Assembly (NCBI GenBank): GCA_001949185.1
Contig: BDGG01000002.1
Span: forward strand, 5,260,448-5,324,447
Length of the DNA stretch: 64,000 nucleotides
Reading direction: 5' to 3'
DNA from: Ramazzottius varieornatus
Taxonomy: Eukaryota; Animalia; Tardigrada
Part shown: positions 12,901-29,868 of the stretch, piece after piece
Numbering within the stretch: position 1 is the stretch's first letter
How the letters are laid out: each line of letters starts with the position of its first letter
Notes under the pieces: model-generated
The model's database searches: none
What the model saw: the letters and a program-made list of their open reading frames with translations, nothing else
What the model was told of the DNA's origin: nothing
Translations under genes and position numbers: made by a program

Positions 12901-14011
12901 ATGTCAGCTGCACAGAGAGGATTGTATCCTACTTCAGACTTCGTGCCGAAGGCAGAGTGTCTGCGAGAGCTGACTGGCATGGGCTTCGACCAGGAAACCT
13001 GCATCCAGGTAGCAACAAGTGATTAGCGCAGTGCTGAGCCCTGTTCTCATACACACTGCAGCTCCTGAAAAAGTGACGAATGTATCGGTTTCTAGACTGG
13101 TTAAAGGTGTTCCGGTATGTCAATGATGTAATTCTGTTGCAGGCTTTGTTCTACACCGGAAACAACAACACTGATGCTGCGGTCAGCTGGGTGTTCGACA
13201 ACCAGGTACTGTACTACGTTGTTACTCTGAAGTTATTATTCAGACTATTTTCTTCCGAATTCTTCAAACTAGAAGATGTTTTGGTTTTAGGGCATGAGTC
13301 CACAAGTTGGGGGAATGTTACGAGCAGGGAACCCAGCTGGTGACTGGGGTGGTATAGTTGCTGACGGAGAATGCAAGATGGTTATCGTTGTGAACAGCGC
13401 TCTGAAGATGTCGCCTGGTAAAATTGCAGCTCAGAGGTTCGTAATGCAGTTCGCGTACTGATTCTCTCGCTCACGTTTCTGCATAATACTGTGCCGAGTA
13501 GTGCTCATGCTGCAATTGGGGCATATCGCATGATATGGGAGAGCGATGGATCTGCGGGAAATGAACAGAAATCTTGGCTGCGCAAGTGGGAAATGGATGG
13601 GTACTTGAGCAGATTCTACATAAATACCTTCAGCCTTTCGCTTGATCTTTAAATTTATGTCGTCACGCGAAAATTTTTCAGTTTCGTTGATGTATAGGGA
13701 GACAACCATCGTACTGAGCGGAGACGATGCCCCTCACTTGGAGTCTTTGGAGCAACGAGCAAAGGATCGAGGTCTTGTAGTTCTCATTGTCAGCGACGCA
13801 GGTAGAACCGAAGTAAGTAACCGGTTCCGCAAAATAATCATACACACGTACTTTGACTCTTGTGGTCGATCTTTGGACCCGCCAATGCGCAAGAATCAGA
13901 GTATCAATTTTTCTGCTACAGGTTGCGTCGGGTGCAAAAACAGCATTGTGCATCTTCGGGGAGAAGGACAAAGTCGACAGTATCACAAGGTCCCTGCAAG
14001 TTTTCCGGTGA
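12901..14011 (+). CDS. UBA-domain / peptidyl-tRNA hydrolase 2 (Pth2) family protein
   Basis: UBA-like LRELTGMGFDQETCIQALFYTGNNNTDAAVSWVF, then Pth2 motifs KMVIVVNSALKMSPGKIAAQSAHAA and VSDAGRTEVASGAKTALCIFG; stop TGA at 14009-14011. Confidence 0.85.
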
Positions 14012-14533
14012 AGTTTCCGGGTACAGATCACGCTAGTGCCATGACGTTGTGTCTCCGGGTGGAACTTCCGTTCTTTCTACGCGGCCGACTTTTGATTTGC
14101 TCACCCTGAAAACAACGCTTCGTGCTTGTACATTTCAAGACGAAAATTCCCATTTTTAATCTGTTAACGTATGCTGTTAGCTGTTCACTGCTGGTAGAAT
14201 AGCGCTGCTTTCTTGTTAGTGATCGTTTTGACCACTCGACCAGTGTACGAGATCAGATTTATCTACAGAACCTGTTCGGACTATGTAGAACGCCGAAGTG
14301 TAGATTGTCTGAAAACGACGTGTCAGCTCTCACTCGATAGTTTAGTCCTTCAAAAGTACGATCAAAGCTGTTGTCGCTTCCCAGTTTGGACTAGCTAAAC
14401 TAAAAGCCCACTAAGACGTAGGCAGCACTAGCAGCAGGACGCATAAAAGGAATACAAAAACCTTATGATGCACCTGTCTCGAACAGGTGAAAAAGCTGGG
14501 TAGATACGTATGCAAATACCGTTAGAAGGTGAA

Positions 14534-18084
<3,551 letters not shown>

Positions 18085-18206
18085 CGTTATCCGGCCTCCA
18101 GTCGTTGGGGTTTCAGGGAAGCTGGCACTCCGTCGAAGAATGCAATAGTTGCTCAAGAGTCAAGTTAATGCTACAGAAAACTAAAATGCTACGGGAACTA
18201 AGAAAA

Positions 18207-18216
18207 GCCGCCAAAA
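18207..18216 (-). promoter_or_regulatory. Candidate E2F site upstream of MCM4
   Basis: TTTTGGCGGC on the minus strand about 120 bp upstream of the MCM4 ATG; fits TTTSSCGS, and MCM genes are established E2F targets. Confidence 0.4.
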
Positions 18217-18649
18217 GGCTGAATAAATTAGTCGTACAACTTGTTCGGCTCGTACGTCTCGGGTAGATAAAACTCACAGAACTCGGTCTGGGCCAGACCG
18301 AACTGGTGGAACTGCTGGGACGAGAACGCCATCAAATTTATAAATTGATTTTTGAACGGGCTAAACCTTGGGTCAGCTGACCCGGGTTCAGGTAAATCCG
18401 ATCGACCAGACCAGTTACTCAGGCGGATGGTCACCCAGTGAACGCATGGCAATTGCGAATGACCTCATCGAGAGCTTATATTAAGCTACGTACGCTTATA
18501 ATGACTTCTCATGAGACCATTCATTCCATCACGAGAATCGAACGATACCGATATTCCATAATCCATACTATAAGACTCTGTTTTATTCTAGGGCGGAAAA
18601 CGAGCTGATCACGGGCCTACAGAGATCCAGTAGACAGGACTACTCTGTC

Positions 18650-19676
18650 ATGGCTGGACGTCAGAACAGGACTGCGCGAGTATGCTGTCCGTCCCATCCA
18701 GAGGCTATCTTGGTGGAGGACTACCGTGCAGGTGATCTCGTTTGTCCCATGTGTGGTCTGGTAGTTGGTGATCGTGTCATCGACGTTGGGACAGAATGGC
18801 GTACATTCAGTAACGAAAGTGGAGGAGACGATCCGTCTCGAGTAGGTGGTCCAGAGAATCCGTTGTTTGAAGGAGCAGAATTGTCCACTATGATTGGAGC
18901 TGCTTCTGGACCAGCTGGGCTGGACTCGCAAGGCTTCAACAAGTATCGTAACCGAAAGACCATCTCTCCACAAGACCGAGCCTTAACTACAGGTTTCAGA
19001 GAGATCACCACCATGGCTGAACGTATCAACATGGCTCGAAGTATCGTTGATCAAGCGCACATGCTTTTCAAGCAGGTTTACGAGACCAAAGCGATGCGAG
19101 GTGATATGGTGATACACTGTAACACTAGTTTATTACTGTTATTCTCGTGCTCGTTCTTATTACCGTTTGCATCTTAAAGGTCGGGCTACCGAAGCTATTG
19201 CCTCTGCATGTCTTTACATTGCCTGTCGAAAGGAAGGAGTGCCTCGAACCTTCAAGGAAATCTGCGCCATTTCCCGAGTGACCAAGAAAGAGATCGGCAG
19301 GTGCTTCAAGCTGATCCTTCGCAATGTGGACACCAGCGTTGACTTGATCACTACGGGTGACTACATGTCTCGGTTCTGCTCGAACCTGGGCCTACCTCAG
19401 ACCGTCCAAAGAGCTGCTACGCACATTGCGAGAAAGGCAACGGATATGGACTTGGCTGGTGGCAGGGCACCCACCACTGTGGCAGCTGCGGCCATCTTTC
19501 TGGCTTGCGCTGCTTCGGACCAGAAGAAGACGCTCAAAGAAATTTCAGAGGTGTCAGGAGTAGCCGATAGTACTATCAAGCAGACGTATCGCGTCTTGAT
19601 TGGAAAAGTGGACGGCCTGTTTCCAGAGGACTTCAAGTTTACCACCCCAATTAGTGCTCTGCCCAAAAACCCTTAG
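18650..19676 (+). CDS. GTF2B: General transcription factor IIB (2 exons; intron 19101-19179)
   Basis: Zn ribbon CPSHP...CPMC, B-reader [13 protein letters not shown], cyclin repeats [19 protein letters not shown]. Confidence 0.97.
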
Positions 19677-20345
19677 TTTCTTTTGTACCTTACAGGGTAC
19701 TTCACAAGTTAAAACTCGTATATAATGCTGCTGTTGTGGTTTGAGCTCTTGACGACCCCAATGAAGTGGGAATTTGGGAACAGTCTTGTTAATTTTGGTA
19801 AAAAATTCCGTTGAAAATATCCCGAACGTTACCCAACGTTCCACCTTTTTTCTAATGTTTCTGGGTCATCGTACTGTTTATCAAATTTCGCTGCGCGATA
19901 ACATTTAGAATTTTGTCTAGAAAATTGTCCATTAGATTAAGGAGGTACAGTTTCTAATTTAGAAGAAGCACAGCGAAGTAAAATGGAAATAACCCAAGGG
20001 GACTCTAAATCGCAAACTCATCAGAGGAAGCTCGAGCTCCAGACAGCACGATCCTTTTTTCAGGATGATTCCCCGATTTGTTTTCTGGTTTTTCCAATTT
20101 TTTTAGTTCTTGATGAATCATGACTTTGTGTCTGATCAATCAAATTCGTACGAATTAACTGGCGGAAACAGCTAGTTGATTAACAAAGAATTGATTACTC
20201 TCAGGACCCTGCCGGTCGGACAATGGTACGACCGACAGGGTATGACGTAACTCGTGCTGCCTGCTGCGCGATCGGCAGCGACGCGACTGGGTAACTAGGT
20301 GGGAAAGTAGATGATCGTGCAATGGTAAAGTCAGGGTGGGTAGGT

Positions 20346-20520
20346 TGGTTGACCATTGATCTTGGTAGATTAACCACTAGTGGATAGTCGTTGGTCTTGC
20401 TGTCTTGACCACTAGTGGTTGACCATTGGTCTTTCTAGGTTGAACACTAGGAGTCGGCCATTGGTTTTGCTATGTTTGACCACCGATACTAGCCATTGGC
20501 TATGATAGGTTGACCGCCCA
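20346..20520. repeat. Degenerate 35-bp minisatellite, about 5 units
   Basis: Units start at 20346, 20381, 20416 and 20451; consensus approximately TGGTTGACCATTGGTCTTGCTAGGTTGACCACTAG. Confidence 0.75.
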
Positions 20521-21053
20521 ATCGCAGCTGGTTTATTGGCCCGTCCTTTCTGTCTGTTGGTCAATGGGCGTGGTAACTGGTCTGGGCTTTCTATTACGTC
20601 AGATGTGAATGAACCTTGGTTCCCATCCTTTGATCTTTCCGCCATAGGCTCAGGCTTGCCATAGTTTTCCCAATTTAAGGGCTTTAGACTGCCTGAACAG
20701 CTTTCTACGATGATTCAAGCGGTCTATGATTCATTCTAAAGCTCCGCAGGAAGGCCAGCCTTTTGGGCGGAGCTATCGCGATACGAAGTGAGATTGATTC
20801 TGATTGAAGTTTCTGACTTGAAGTGACTTCTGCAGGTTTCTGTAAGGGTGTCGTGTCGTACCATTGTATTAGTTCTACTTGACGCCATATCACACGCCAG
20901 TCATACGGAGGTTTGCTATTACGGACTTTTCATCACGAAATCGCAGTAAGCGTCGCTGCCTCTTTACTCCTTCTCGACTTCCGGAGCTCCCGGTTTGACA
21001 TCTTGTCGTCTGAAGAGCAGGCACATAGCCCAGGATCGTGCAGCTGCGAACAG

Positions 21054-22376
21054 ATGGAGATGAGAGTCGCTTACCTATCCTCGCTGGCGCGTGCCGTGCT
21101 TGGCCGAGGCACTATGGATGCGAGAAGATTTGTGCACCCGTACTTCGTGGTGAATATGGCTCTCGCCGTGAGCTTTATGGTCTTGCGCCTTTTGCGTCCA
21201 TTCTGCACGATGCTTTTCAAGAATACAGCCGAAAGTGGCCAGTGCGAGTTGGACTTGGTAAGTCAGAGCCGAAAATGGAATAGTTTTCTCACTTTCTTGC
21301 ACGTGATTGATGTTATCAAGGATCTTCCCCGCTGCTATAATATACACACAATATGCGTCACAGGGGCTTTTTCTTTCAGAGAGAACATGAAGTCCTAATC
21401 TTTGTTGGATGCATAACCGTGATAAAGAACAGAGGAGCACCAACATGGCAGCATTACCTGAAGAAGTTCGGGACATATGCAAAAGTTGCAAACGTATTCC
21501 TGTTCTACCGCCAGTCTCCAGCTTATATGATCGTTTACGTCGTTCTTTGCGCTCGTGAGTATCTCCGGGAAGTGGTCGCAGTGCTGAACAACTACCATAG
21601 TGTTTTTCGAATACGGACTCTATAGCGCAGTTTTCCCGATTGGTCGGGGGCAGGAGAGTGAGCGAAAGTACGGGGTTTTCATACTTTGCTCTCTTTGTAG
21701 TGCAAATGGTGCTCCTTCCGGAACCGATATACAGTGGACCCAGCAAGATTGAATACTTCTCCGGGCTCGATAACATGGAAAAGACAATTTCAGAAGACAA
21801 GCGGAACGTGTGGATAGTCTGCTTCTTCACGACCTGGAGTATGAAGTGCATTGATATGGCACCCATCTTTGCCGAGCTCTCCGCCCAGTACTGGTTACCT
21901 AACCTGAGATTCGGTAAAATCGACATTGGACGCTTCTCTAACGTTGGTGAAAAGTAAGTATCAGCTGTCGGGTAATCCCTTTACAACAGAACTTGTTTAG
22001 CGATTGGAGATACTTGACCATCTCCACTTTTTGCAACAGGTACGCAATAGCAACAGGTGCTTGGACCAGACAACTGCCCACCATTATTTGCTTCAAAGAT
22101 GGCAAGGAGGTTCTGAGACGACCGTTCATCGACAGCAAGAACAGGATCGAGAAATATGAGTACAGCATGGTAAGGAACCAAGTCACACGAACATGAAGAG
22201 CCGCTTTATTCCGTAAGCGATTTTCGAACAAGGGTGTGATGTTTCAGCCAACGCTCATCCAGGACTTCGATCTCAATAACGAGTACGAAGCGTGTAAAGT
22301 CAGACTGGGTAAGAAAGTTCTAGAGAGCCTGAACAACGAACAGGAGAAACCCACAGGGTCCAAGAAGAAAGACTAG
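21054..22376 (+). CDS. TMX2: Thioredoxin-related transmembrane protein 2 (multi-exon)
   Basis: REHEVLIF, EPIYSGPSKIEYF, SxxC active site WSMKC, LRFGKIDIGRF, QLPTIICFKDGKE; ends in KKKD (ER retrieval). Start codon could instead be at 21114. Confidence 0.93.
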
Positions 22377-22490
22377 AAACCAAGCGTTCAAATCTCATTT
22401 CAACTTTTGAGTGTATTCTTTTCCAAGTGTGATAGTTTCGGTTGTATGGCTCATTTACCTCGATGGTCGGTTTTTCGAAACTGATGATAT

Positions 22491-25400
22491 TTACTCAGCT
22501 GGTGGCCAAGAACTGGCCGTCTGCGTGTGGAGAGACTGGGGTAACCATTCCAAATATTGTGGCAAAAGATCTGCAAAGATCAGAGGCGCATATTGCGACT
22601 ACAGTAAGAACTACTTCCAGCTTGCTGTTTTCACTTGCTTAGTGTTTTAACACTCACATGTCTTGTCTTTCTTCCATACTTGTAAAAGACTCTTTCGGGA
22701 GCTCACTTTCCGGCCGATCAGGGCGTGTAAAAGGTTCTGGGTTTTGGGTTGCACACTGTAAGCCAAAATTAGTGTTAGCGATACTAAGGTTCACCAAAAC
22801 TAAAATGACTTACCTGGCCCAAGTTTTGATCATGATGACCGGCTTTGCCAGAAGCTGGTCCGCGAAACGCTTCAGTTTGGGACAAACACTTCCGTCCAAG
22901 AAGAAACGTCCGAAGTGTTTGTACAGTTCGACGCCTTCGGGATAGTTGGTCCTTGCAGCTGGTAAAGGCCACGCATGAGCTCCTGCAACCATAGCGAAAA
23001 CTCAAGAGGCGGAAAGGGTGAGCAGAAACAAGCGGAAGAAATTTTGAAACATATTCCAACACGAACATACCGAATGTGCTTGAGAGCTGACAGACAACAG
23101 TGCCGCTCTTTTCGTCAAAGAAAGGTTCGGCAGTCTCGTCTGGTTTCTCAAACGTACAATACTGCGGCAGAAATTTCGGTATCCACTCCGGCCGAATCTC
23201 CATCACATTTCGACAGTAGATCTTCTTTCCTTCAAAGAGTTCTTGATACAGTATATACTCCGGTTCATCTTGGAAGAGTACCGAGTTCGGATGAATGTAC
23301 ACCAGCTGCTCCAGGTTCTGTGTCTGATAGGAATGCTTGAGTCTGTGCTTTTCGGGTTTGTTCGCGTCGACCACGGAATGTGGCAGCTTCCGCGCAATCT
23401 TCTTCCCGAGACAACACAGAACGATCTGCAGAATAAGCTTAGCCTGCAGCTCGTTCGGCGGTGGCGTCTGGGGGTTGATGAGCACTTCGTCAGAAGCCGT
23501 TACGAGACTGACGGCGTTCGCTAGCTGTTGCCGGAGTTGTCGGATCTCTCGGATCGCTTTCAACCGCAGACAATGTTCCTTGCAGTACTCTTCCGTTGCA
23601 CCATTGAAGTCAGCTGCTCCTACAGCTTTTAGAAGAACCATCAGGTCCCCGAGCATCTTGGTGTAACCCGTCCCGATCCAACGCTTCTTCATCTGAGACA
23701 GGTACCCATGTCGCTTCCGAACTTCTTCCGACTGCTCACTGCCATCATTCCAACCTAAAAACAAAAAATCTTTATCGTCCTTATCGTTTCAACGATGCTC
23801 GATTCAGTCTGAGATTACGCTGAAGAAAGCCAAACAAATGGGAGCTCGGCAAACAAACTTAGCAAGATGTTTTACACGTGGCGCACGTTTCTACTGTTTC
23901 TGGCCAACAGCGTGCGCCACTTGTCGAGTTTGTTCGGCCGAGTCCCTCGCAAGCTGATCTACTACAGTTTGCTTACTTTCAACGAAGAGCTCTTGGACGG
24001 TCAAAGCAGCAATCAAGGTAATAACATACGGCGTCAGACCTTGCTGGTTCGATATCGCCAGCATCTTCGCGAACTTCGGCGCCACCGGGAAGGAACTCAT
24101 AATCTTCCCTAGTGCTGATATCCTTGATCCACCCACTTCAGCACTTTTTCCCGGCTTCAGCAGTTTCACTGCTTCAAGAGCCAGCAGCTCTTCCTCAGCT
24201 ACCATCAAGGACTCTCTGTTAGGCGGGGAAGGGAAAGGAAAGTTAATAATCTTTTCGATATTCATTGCTTTCATCTGCAGCACGATATCGTCAATGGGTC
24301 TTCGTGTGATTTCCGGCGGGGTGAACTGCGAGAAGTTGTCGTTGAAGACAGCTGATGAATACAGTCGATAGCAGTGGCCGGCACTGGTTCGTCCAGCACG
24401 ACCTGCTCGCTGGTTTGCTCCTGCCTTGCTGGTCCACATGACGCGGAACGTCGACAAGCCGGTATTGCGATCGTACAGCTTCATCTTGGTCTTACCCGTG
24501 TCGACGACGTACTTGATGTCTGGAATGGTGATGGAGGTCTCGGCTACGTTAGTTGCTACAACGCACTTGCGCGAGCCTTCGGGCGCCGCCTGGAAGACCA
24601 ACGCTTGCTTGTCGGAAGACAGTAGCGAGTAGAGTGGGAGAACGTACATCGGCTCAGCGGCAGCCTGCACGAGAGATCAAAACAATATCATAGTTTTGTA
24701 ATTAGGTTGCTCCATTGGTGATTAACTAAGATCGATCAACAAAATACGCATCTTCTGGAAATTTCAAATGGTTTATAACTTTAAACTGTCTATCACATCA
24801 ATATCAAATTGAAAAAGTGAAAGCATAAAATTTTTACCCAATGACGAACCTGGAAAGTCGCTTCTCGAGCATTGGTCGATGGATCCGTTCCTAGCAGATC
24901 TTCGTCATCGACGTGAGCAATACCTTCTTCCTCGTCCAGCGCGCTGACAGGATAAGCGTCCAGCTTGAACTTGACTCCTTTCATCTTCGTTTTTCCAGTT
25001 TCTTCTACTTGGGAACCTGAAGGACATCTCCGGGATTCACGAAAAGGGAAAGTCTCGCGAAGGCGGGAACACAGGGCGTGGACCTCTTGTTGTCCAGTCA
25101 CGAAGACGAGGATCCCACCAGCCGGAAGCTCTTTATGGATCTTGCAGATCTTCTTGTAGGCTTCTTCGAGGTATTCGCCTTCGGTTGGTGTTCGCTTGTT
25201 AAAGTGCACACTGACGGGGAACTGTCGTGAGTCTATCTGGATCACGGGAGGAGGAACGGAGAAAAGAAGCTTGTTCTCTGCGAAGTCCTCCACGCGCAGC
25301 GTTGCTGACATGATGATCAACTTCAGCGGTATCCCTCGCTAGAGTCAACAAGCGAGCTTAGCTTTTAAAGTAAGATCAAAGTTCCACGGTCATTTTACAA

Positions 25401-26981
25401 ACTCCGATCGTAACGTACCTTTTCCCTCAAAATGACGATTCGTGACAACAAGCCAATCAGAACGTCCGTGTAGACACTTCTTTCGTGGGCTTCATCTATC
25501 ACCACGACTGAGTACCGTTGCAGGAGAAAGTCCTGTAAAGAGACGGGTAAGTCTCAAAGCCTTAGAGACATTTTGGGGAAACTCGTAATCGACTCACCGA
25601 AGCGAGTTCTCTGGTCAACACACCGTCCGTCATGAACTTGATCCTCATCTTCGGGTTGACGTTTCCCTCATACCGAATTTGGTAAGAAACCTCTTGTGAT
25701 CGATTGAGCTCGTAGCCCACACGCTTCGCCATACTGATGGCAGCCACTCGGCGCGGCTCCGTGATGCCGATGATGCCATTTCCGCTGGCGTACCCTGCTT
25801 CATACAGGAACTGCGGGACTTGTGTGGTCTTGCCGGATCCCGTCTCACCGCAGATTATCACCACCGGATTCTCATTGATCGCTTCCATCACTGCCTGTTC
25901 TTCCGACACAACCGGTAACTTCCCACGAGATTCATGAACTTCCGATAAGCGCTCTACCAGTACGTTATGCTTCCCCCGAAAAGGGTTTGCTGATTTCTCT
26001 TTCTTTAATATTACATCGGAGTGGACTTCAAGCCCTCGCTCCCTATCTTCCAGTTTGACTGAAGATATTTCTGCTGGTGTTCTGTGTGTTTCGGCGACTG
26101 TGGATGACGGTTGCGGAACTTCCGAATCAACCCGTCTTACCGCACTGAGGCGTGGTTCATCGGGTTCCGAAATGTCCGAGTCTTCGTCAAGCTCCTCCTG
26201 TTCCACTTCCGCTTCGTCGTTCTCGGGGACTGGAGAATTTTTCCTGCGCTTCGACATTCTTTTCAAGTCAAGGAAGTGCCTAGAACCCAAGGACCAAAAA
26301 CTATACGGCGGAGATACAGAGAACCGCCGCGGCTGATGATATCACTAGCACACTCACCTCTTCAACCCGCGCGTCTGCATCTGGGTAACCGACACAAACT
26401 GCTTCATCTCTTCTTCTGTAGCTTGCACTGCTTGAATCGCTTCGATCAGGGCGCCTCGCTGTGAATACAACCGCGGGTAAGTGCAGAAATCCAGCATTGT
26501 AAAATTATTTAGAAATCAATTTTATTACCTTGGACGCTTTCATCTGTTTATCTTTCAGTCGTTCTTGCATCTTCCTTTGTCTATGGGAAACAAACTTCGC
26601 TTTTGGCGACGAAACCACTTTCTTCGCTATGCCAGACGTCTTCTTGACCGCTGGTAGCACCAACGTGTTCGAATCGGAGACCTCGCTGATGGCAGGAACT
26701 TCGGACGATTGTTGTTTCCGACTGTCGTCCGAACTCTGAAACGAAGACAATATTGTACTCAAATGTCAGTCCCAATTTACTTATAATTCTTGTTCCGAAA
26801 CACTCCGCTGTTTCGTCCTCTCGCAGCGCACACCAACACATACGAGCTCGCACGGAAAATACAGGACTTGTAGCTCTACACATCAGCTTACCTGTAGCTG
26901 AGCAGCGGCGCCGGAAGTCCCAGTTGGCGCAGCATACTGCTGTCGTGCTTTCCAGTTAAAACCCTTCCTGTTCTTCGCCAT
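22491..26981 (-). CDS. DHX37: DEAH-box RNA helicase DHX37 (Dhr1/kurz; multi-exon)
   Basis: N-terminus [15 protein letters not shown]; [53 protein letters not shown]; C-terminus [14 protein letters not shown]...WPPAE*. Confidence 0.95.
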
Positions 26982-27685
26982 AGCGGAATAATGTTGCCTC
27001 CTTGCTAATAACTATTCAGTGATACAGAAAGGTGGCTCATATAATCAGGATCGTGGAGTTGAAAGTGAACTTCACGGAGTCACTTCGCCGAAGTTGTCAT
27101 CCGAGCTATTACGCAAACAGGCCAATCAGCCGTACGACACTAATCAATCGGCAATCGAATCAGGAGAGCCTGCTGACCGGCGTGGAGGGCGGAGTTCTGT
27201 TACCCGAGGGCTAGGTATTTGCAGAAGCAGACTCTGGTATTTGTTTACATTCCCGAAACAAAATTCGAAGTTCGAACTTCAATTCTTCCCACTGACGAGC
27301 TGCTGAACATCGTGCTGCACAAACCGAAAGTGGTGCCCATCAATTAATCAACTAGCTAGTGGTTCTGACCACTGGGAAGGCCGAGCACAGGAGGCAAAAG
27401 ATTATAGGCCACACATTTCTACTTCGTTACGTTGCAGTTGCGAGTAAAAAATTTCTGTGACCCGGATCAAGTTACGCATTTGTTTTCAGTGTAGAGTTTG
27501 CGATATGTGAAAGCTCGAAGAATCTGATCGTCCATTGAAATCTCGACAGACTTAAAAGGAGATCACCGAACCAGACTAATGAAATCTCCCCACCGATAAA
27601 TTTTGTACCTGTAACAACAGGAGGACGGCAGAGCTTGTATACGGAAATCTGCACGAGGAGCAACCATCAAGGCTGGTCGAAAAGA

Positions 27686-29482
27686 ATGGTAAGTCTGCTG
27701 GTCTCTGCTGAATTGCTGATCATTCATAGAGTGTACAGTAGTCACTGTACTCACTCGCTATACAGTATGTAGCGGCTGTCCGAATCGTGTGACTATCGTA
27801 TTGGGTTTCAGTCGAGCTATGACGAAGAGGCACAGTACGAAGCCATCGCTTCCAGCTACAATGTCGGATCGCTACCGAAGTATGGCTACGGAATGGAGGA
27901 CTTCGACCAGGAATTCGGGGCGTATATGCCGACGGAAATCAAGCCAAAGATACTCCTGATGGGGCTGAGAAGGCATTAACTCACGCTTTTTTGTCTATTT
28001 GGTCGATGCAGCCGCTCCAGTGGCTAAGAAGCATCGTGAGAAACTTAGTTACTCTTCGCAGGTCAGGTAAATCATCCATCCAGAAAGTCGTCTTTCACAA
28101 GATGTCGCCTAATGAGACTCTGTTTCTGGAGAGCACAAACAAGATCACGAAGGATGGTACGAGCACCTTTTTGTACCGGAAAATTGTGACGCTACTGAAA
28201 ACTGACGATTCATTGTCAGTTGTTATGTCCATTTTCAGATATATCGAGCAGCTCTTTCATTCAGTTTTCCGTGTGGGATTTCCCGGGACAAATCGATTTC
28301 TTCGATCCTACCTTCGACGCGGATACCATCTTTGGCGGTCACTGCGAAGCCCTGATCTATATTCTGGACGCTCAAGTGAGAAATCATCGTTTTCGACCCG
28401 CAGTAATTCATACAAGGAACAAGTCACAGTACTGATCGCTTTGATTCGATAGGATGACTACATGGAGTCCCTTGACAAGCTGCACGCAATCGTTAGCCGC
28501 GCCTATAAGGTCAACCCGAATATTCACTTCGAAGTGTTTATTCACAAGGTGGACGGCCTTTCAGACGACCAAAAGATCGAAACGCAGCGCGATATCAGTC
28601 AGCGTGCCAACGACGAACTCTTAGTAGCCGGATGTGACTCAATCCACCTTAGGTATGCTCCTTGAATTCGAAGAAGCTCGAAGAAGCTGTGTGTCGTTAA
28701 CATGGTCAAGCTTATAGCATAAATTTATTTTTAGTTTTTATTCGCAGCTTTTACCTGACTAGCATCTACGATCATTCCATATTCGAGGCCTTCAGCAAGG
28801 TGGTACAGAAGCTCATTCCACAACTTCCCACCATGGAGAACCTACTGAATATCTTCATATCGGTACGCAACCTCGTTCTTGTAGTTCACCCAGTCGTGTC
28901 TTCCTATACCATTTTCTACGCAGAACTCGAACATAGAGAAGGCTTTCTTGTTCGACGTGGTCAGTAAGATCTACGTCGCGACGGACAGTTCCCCAGTTGA
29001 CATGGCCTCCTACGAACTTTGCTGTGATTTCATCGATGTCATAATCGACGTGTCATACATATATGGGTATGAATGGCTTGCGAAAAAAAATGATATGGCA
29101 GAGGGCGTAAAACTTTTATTGCAGGATGAAAGAGGATAATGAAACCAGCGCTTTCGATAGCCAGTCCTCCTCGATCATCCGGCTAAACAGTTCGACCATC
29201 TTATACCTGCGCGAAGTAAACAAGTATCTTGCCATGGTCTGTCTTCTTCGGGAGGAAAACTTCGCTAGACAAGGTATGTGATGCATCCTCCGACTTCCAC
29301 AGAGAGTTCAAGCTGAATGTTTTTTTGGTTCAGGTTTGATCGACTATAACTTCATCTGCTTCCGGGAAGCTCTACAGGAGGTTTTCGGAGTACGCGCACG
29401 AGCGAGCTTGGTCCGCGAGAGAAACCAGAACAGTCTTAGCTTCAACAACAGTATATCCAAGGACTGGGATGGCCGAGTGTGA
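27686..29482 (+). CDS. RRAGC: Ras-related GTP-binding protein RagC/D (multi-exon)
   Basis: [77 protein letters not shown]; the first coding exon is the ATG alone. Confidence 0.95.
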
Positions 29483-29868
29483 GATGGTATCCAGAACTCT
29501 CGAAGGTACCGCGCCTTTTTTAACTTTTACCACTTCACAATACGCTGTTCTTAATACAGCACGGTTCAGTTTTTAATGATTATGTAGTGTAAACTCTACT
29601 GAGAAAAACAACACATTATAAATTATCATATGCGTATCCGGAACGGTGATGAATTTGTGAACTAGATATCTGAACAAACTGGAAGCCGTAAATAAAAGCA
29701 CAGTAATTACACAGAACGCTGAAACAGACTAACGAGCGTGTACGAGAAACTCTACAGTTCTGAAAATCCCTAAGGTCCACGAGAAAGTACGACTGGGAAT
29801 GTCACAATTGTTGTTTAGAATGAAATGCGACAGACGCATGCACACTGTTGCTAAAAGTATCACGACAA

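Noticed and set aside
21075-21926. Long antisense ORFs (283 aa here; also 60944-61513, 50233-50850, 2637-3215)
   Set aside because: Shadows of real genes on the opposite strand, with no recognisable motifs.
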